A stretch of DNA of 63,879 nt, taken from the NCBI RefSeq assembly GCF_036321535.1, contig NC_087447.1:6696001-6759879 (forward strand), written 5' to 3'. The notes under the pieces are model-generated. The model was given only the letters and a program-made list of their open reading frames with translations. It was not told where the DNA came from and did not search any database. The DNA comes from Camelus dromedarius. Lineage: Eukaryota. The translations under genes and the position numbers were made by a program. Positions 58,716-63,879 of this stretch are shown in pieces; position 1 is the stretch's first letter, and the number at the start of each line of letters is the position of its first letter.

Positions 58716-61068
58716 CCTCATTAAAGAATAATTAAAGGCAGGCAGCAGCTCATGTCAGCTGCTGGATGCCATGGGAGGGAATCAAGGATCTGTGTAGAAG
58801 TGCAACATGATCAGAATTGCTTTTATTTTCATTTAGATTACCTCTTTGACATGGTACTGCTTTCAGGTGGTTCAAAATTTAGAAATCACAAGAGACAATC
58901 CCTGTTCCCCAGGCACCAGTTCTCCCCGAGGACAATCAGTGTTATCAGTTTCTTATAAACACTTCTAGAGATACTCTTTGCACGTACATGCAAAGCCCCT
59001 CCCATCTGTTTTACACAATCGGCAGTACTTAGACAAGCAGATCCCCAGAGTACAGCAGGCCTCGGTGGGAGTAGGGGGAGCACAGGCCCCCTTGCCGGGG
59101 GCGGTGGGCGTGACTGCAGGGGCCGTGGGAAACCACATTTATTGAGCCTCTGCTGTTCCCATTGTTCTACATCTTGCTTTTTCCAGTTAACATTATGTTA
59201 ATGACCATTTCGTATCAGTTCATAGAGTATGTCCTCAGTTTCACCTTCTCACGCTGCATAGTATTCCTAGAGAGGGTCTACCGTAATTTACGGCCTCTCC
59301 GCCTCAAGCCACCTCTCGGCTTCCTGTGTTCCAGATTCCGGCCTTTCATCCCATCAGCCACGCCCATGGTCTCAGCTGACGGACATGTAGGTTGTTCCCA
59401 GCCCTTTCCTGTGACAAGCAGCCCTGCAGTGTGTCATCTTGTACAAATGCTATTTCGCACGTGGGTGAGCACAGCTACAAGATAAGTTCATAGGGACTCA
59501 GGGTCACAGGACACTCATGGTTGTCATTTGGTCAGCTCTGTCTGTTTGCCCTTCTCAGGGGATGTGCCAGGTCCAGGCCCCCAGCCCAGACCACAGGTCC
59601 CATTTTTCCCCAGCCCCACCAGCACCTGATTCTTGACCTTTATGGTTTTTGTCACTCTAATAGGTAAACAATAACCAAAGAAAAGGGAACCTTGGTATGG
59701 TTTTAATTTGCATTTCTCTCATAATAAGTGAGTTTGGCCATCTTTCATAGGTTTCAGGGCCATTTATATTTCCTTTTCTGTGAACTGAGACTTATGTTTG
59801 GGAGGGGGACCCTAATTGGAGGCAGGGGCCACTTTGGGGATAGTTGGCTCAGGAGAGAAACACAACTTTGGCTCTGAGCTGTCGTCTAAAAGCCAGAGCT
59901 CAAGATAATGGGTTCAGAAGATTGGAATGTGGTAACAGATGGACCAAAGAGGGCATGGAGGAAGAAGGGGAGGGTCAGGCCCAGTCCAGGGTGATGATGT
60001 GGGTGATGAGAGGGGGCAGGGGAGGAAAGACAGGGCAGTGGGGCCACCAAGGGAGATGGAGGATCCTGAGGGTTAAGACACCTTGTCATCTGCCCACTCT
60101 CCACCTTACATCGTGACTGAAGCAAAACACCAACCTGACGGCCACGCGCCACTGTCCACACTCTTCAGAGGCCACACACCCTGCAGGGCCCCTGCTGGCC
60201 ACCTCCCAGCCCGCTCTGCTCCAGACCCTGGCCTTGTGCACACCCAGCCTCCAGGGACAGTCACCTTACCCAGCTCCTCCCTTCACCAGGCCGCCTCTTG
60301 CGGTTCCTGCAGCTCTCTGGCCGAGATGCCTCCCCTCGGGGGAGCTTTCCGGATCCCAGTAGATGTCAAGTTCTCTTGGAGAAACTCTAGACCACTGTCC
60401 TCTCTGCTCCATCGTCATCTGATTCCTGTCCACCCTCCGGACTATAATCACTATAGTCTCCCCATAGTCGGTACCCAATGACTGAACGAAGGGCGGGAGG
60501 CCGGGGACAGCAAACAGGGAGCAGGTAGGAGATGAGAGTTTAGGAAGTAGAAGGGCCTGGAGTCGCCGCCTCTGTGAAGCCCGAACAGCCACTCTCGGCA
60601 CCTCCCTGGAGCCCTCTTTCACTTTGGTTTTCTCCGCAGCCTTAGCCTGTCTGCACCCTGGTGATTGCTAGTGTGCAGTCTGTGCACTGCAGCGGGAGCT
60701 GTGGGTGGAGCAGCAGTTCTGTCTGTTTAGTTCATGTCTGTATCCCGACTCGAGCCGGTACTGCTGCAGGTGCCTGACAACTGGAGCAGGCGTGGGAACC
60801 AAAGGGCTCGGGCCCAGGTCTACAGGCAGGAGGCGCTCCTGCTTCCTTCTCTCTGAGAGCCTGTTTCTGCGGATGCAGACAAGGAGGTGTCATGACAAGG
60901 CAGGTGTCTCCTGTGGAGCTACTGTGTTCCAGGCTCTCTACAGGGACAGGACAGTACAGGGTCCCTGCCCTCAGGAAGCAGGTATTCTGAGCATGACTCA
61001 TAGGGAGGGTGTTACAAATGTGACAGGATATGGAGTGCTGAGGAGCCGAAGGGTGGGAAAGTTGTGTG

Positions 61069-61110
61069 TACACACACACACACACACACGTACACACACA
61101 CACACACACA
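61069..61110. repeat. Interrupted (AC)n microsatellite
   Basis: Read directly. Confidence 0.9.
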
Positions 61111-62324
61111 CTCTTTCATTTAAAGTAATCCGTGCACATGATTTCAAAAGATTTCAAAAATGGGAAAAAGATTTCAAATGGGATATGAGAGCGGACATGA
61201 CAGATAATTCGCTGAGCCCTCCAGCCCTGCGACGTCCATCCCCAAAGGTAAACCCCTGTGACCGGAAATACTCTAAGGACAGCACATTTGCAGGGGACTC
61301 CAGACCTCAAGGGCAAGCGGGCCTCGAGAGCAGCGCCCCAGGAATCAGGCATGGCCAAGCCTTCCAGATGCCCCGCTGCTCCTCCAGCTCCCAGAGCAGA
61401 GAGGCTGGAGGCACTGCTGTGGGGCTGCGGGGCTGCCTCGGGGCTGCTCTCCCCCATCCCAGTCCTCAGGGCGGGCTCTCTCAGTCTGCCCTGCAGGCCT
61501 TAGTTCTCTGTCTCAACGTGAAATGCTTCAGACCCTGGGAAGATCTGGGAGCCATGGAGCCGGCAGGAGAGATGTGGCTTGGCTGGGCCCTGCCGGGCTC
61601 TGGGCAGATGCCTGGGTTCTCAGGGAGCCGTGTGCAGGGCCCAGGGGTCAGCGGGGTCACGGGCCAGCAGCTGTCACTGAGACCCCTGAGGGGCCCCAGG
61701 CCCGGGCAGCTGCACAGCGCTCAGCTGTCAGGCTGGCTCTGGGCTGACAGGAGGAGGAGAGTGGGTCTAGGGGGGTGAGGAGGGGATCTGAAGCTGGCCG
61801 TGGGCCCCGGTGGGTCCAAGAGCAGGCCAGCCCCTAGGCCCCTTGGGCCTGGCATTTCCAAGGCAGGCCCACAGGGAGCAGAGATAGGCCTGGCTGCTCA
61901 GGGACAGAAAACCCAGAATGATGGAGGCCAGGGTGACAGAGGGGCCCAAGTGCCTGAGCACAGCTGAGTAAGTGGCTCCCCAGCGAACTCCAGACCTTGA
62001 GGCCAGGTGCCCAAGCGCCCCCTCTGGCCTCTCAGCCAGCCTCCCTGCGCTCCCGGTCCTTCTGAGTGTGAAGAGCTCTACGCAGGTGGCTCCCAGCTGA
62101 GCCTCCCCAACCCCCATACCTCACCAGAGTGCTCTTTCCATCCCTGCTGTCACGGGAACGAGCCCACTCGGGTGCCCGCTTAATCCCAACTTGCCCCTAA
62201 CGGGCCCAGGCACCTCCCCCAGCACCTCTCCTCAAATATCCCTCCTCTCCCAGGCTCCCAGGCACCTGGGCTGCTCCCGGGGGCTCCTCTGGAGTCTGTC
62301 CATGTTGGGTGGCCAAGATGGTCA

Positions 62325-62480
62325 GCATGGCAGGCTGGAGAGACAAGGGGTTTGGAGTTTGAATCCAAGTCCCGCTGCTTACTTAGGCTGGTGATCTTGA
62401 ACCTCTTGGAGCCTGCCCAGAGGGGTGGATGTGATCTCTATGTCAAAGTGCACACAGTAGGTCCTCAGAAATGTTAATTC
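62325..62480 (+). mobile_element. MIR
   Basis: GAGTTTGAATCCAAGTCCCGCTGCTTACTTAGGCTGGTGATCTTGAACCTC. Confidence 0.65.
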
Positions 62481-62561
62481 CCTTTCCTTCCTACCTGACC
62501 TATGTTTTCTCCTCAACTTAAACTTGTTTAAGAAACAAAAAGGGTGGTGTTATTGGTTGTT

Positions 62562-62975
62562 TTTATTTTATTTTATTTTATTTTATTTTAATCGAAGTAC
62601 AGTTGATTAACAGTCAGTTTCAGGTGTAAACACAGTGATTCAATATTTTTAGATTATACACCATTTAAATTTATTACAAAACAATGGTTATAGTTCCCTG
62701 TGCTGTACAACATATCCTTGTTGCTTATCTATATATAGTAGTTTGTATCTCTTAATCCCATACCCCTGTCTTGCCCCTCCTCCCTCCCTCTCCCCACTGG
62801 TAACCACTAGTTTGTTCTCTATATCTCTGAGTCTGTTTCTGTTTTGTTTATACATTCGTTTGTTTTATTTTTCAGATTCCACATATAAGTGATAACCTAG
62901 AATATTTGTCTTTCCCTGACTTACTTCACTAAGCATAATACTTTCTAGGTCTACCCACGTTGTTGCAAACGGGAG
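62562..62975 (-). mobile_element. L1 3' end (artiodactyl-type) with (TTTTA)n tail
   Basis: TTCCCTGTGCTGTACA, CCACTGGTAACCACTAGTTTGTTCTCT, CAGATTCCACATATAAGTGA. Confidence 0.85.
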
Positions 62976-62989
62976 GTTAATATTTGTGG

Positions 62990-63340
62990 TTTAGGTCTTG
63001 GGGCAGCAGGCTAGCTTCACTAGAGCTTAGACAACGTGGCCTGGTGCTGACCTCTCCCCAGCTCCTGGCTCTGTCCTCTGGTTTGAACCATTCTCAGGAG
63101 GGGTTTCCCCTCATGGTGGCAAGATGGCTGCAGCAGCATCACCCTCTTGGCTATGTCTTTTCTCCTACATCCAGCAGAAGCCTTGGAGTCATTGTGTTTG
63201 GACTGTCTTAGGTCATGTCTATCCCTGGTCAATCACTGAGGCCAGGGAAATGTAACATGCTGTTCAGTTTAGGCAACAAAGGAGGTGGAGGAGTGGTTCC
63301 CCCACAGGGAGTCTAGGGTACTGTTTCCATAAGAGTGGAG
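62990..63340. mobile_element. Old MLT1-family LTR fragment (approximate)
   Basis: CATGGTGGCAAGATGGCTGCAGCAGC and TTAGGTCATGT...CCAATCACTG-like motifs. Confidence 0.55.
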
Positions 63341-63654
63341 AGAGGGTGCTCTGTCCTCTGATAGCTCTTAAAGTGTCTCCTGTCTCTGGCCTCTCCCAGC
63401 TTCACTTTGCCCTTCACAGCACTGCTAGTCCTCTCCTGATGCTGGTTGGATGTTGGTCTTCCAACACTCAGGAGCCATCAAAGATTCCCCGAGGTATACA
63501 CGATTGATCCAGACCCCCCTGCAAGGCAGTCTAGACGCCACCATCTGGCTCCAAAGCACCATTCTAGGCCCATCACTTCTTTCTTTCCTTCTTTTCTTTC
63601 TTCCCTTCTCCTTCCCTTCCCCTGCATTCCTTTCCTCTGGAAATCTAAAGCCCC

Positions 63655-63879
63655 TCCCTCTACCAGTCCTGGGTATATACCCATGAGCATTGAAAACACG
63701 TTCACACAAAAACTTGGACACAGTTGTTGATAGCAGCATTACTCACAATAGCCTCAAAGTGGAAACAACTCTAATGCCTATCAACTGATGAATGGATAAA
63801 CAAAATAGTCTACAGTGGACTATTATTCAGCCATAAAAAGGGATGAAACACTGATAATGCTATGTGAATTAACTCTGAA
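63655..63879 (+). mobile_element. L1M 3' fragment running off the window end
   Basis: GATGAATGGATAAACAAAAT...TATTCAGCCATAAAAAGGGATGAA. Confidence 0.8.

Noticed and set aside
60705-61778. 357-aa ORF on +
   Set aside because: Starts at GTG, reads through an (AC)n microsatellite (HTHTHT) and an L1-like fragment, has no recognisable domain or splice structure; consistent with a chance ORF in GC-rich DNA.
55000-63879. Terminal exons of POLA2, the next gene expected by synteny
   Set aside because: No recognisable POLA2 peptide in any frame; the gene probably ends beyond the window.

Overview
Mammalian (eukaryotic, intron-containing) genomic DNA. It is the conserved block FRMD8 - SLC25A45 - TIGD3 - DPF2 - CDC42EP2 (human 11q13.1 order, reversed here). 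The window holds the 5' end of FRMD8 (-), complete SLC25A45 (+, 6 coding exons, 288 aa), TIGD3 (-, 471 aa), DPF2 (-, 11 coding exons, 391 aa, with exon 2 almost entirely inside an N gap) and CDC42EP2 (-, 213 aa). There are four CpG-island promoters and the usual MIR, L2, L1, MER, MaLR and ERV relics. tRNA-derived SINEs point to a camelid. I placed exon boundaries by hand from GT/AG sites and reading frame. Gene identities rest on my recall of the human proteins; no database search was run. I cannot demonstrate a new gene system. The best unexplained signals are: (i) a 135-bp, 95%-identical inverted repeat pair between the FRMD8 and SLC25A45 promoters, one copy flanked by a 9-bp direct repeat; (ii) two UG-repeat-guarded candidate cryptic/poison exons in DPF2 intron 1, one with CFTR-like (TG)mTn architecture; (iii) N gaps lying where DPF2 exon 2 and the regulated 42-nt DPF2 alternative exon should be; (iv) a solo ERV LTR just upstream of SLC25A45. 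Repeat boundaries are approximate unless a TSD is quoted.
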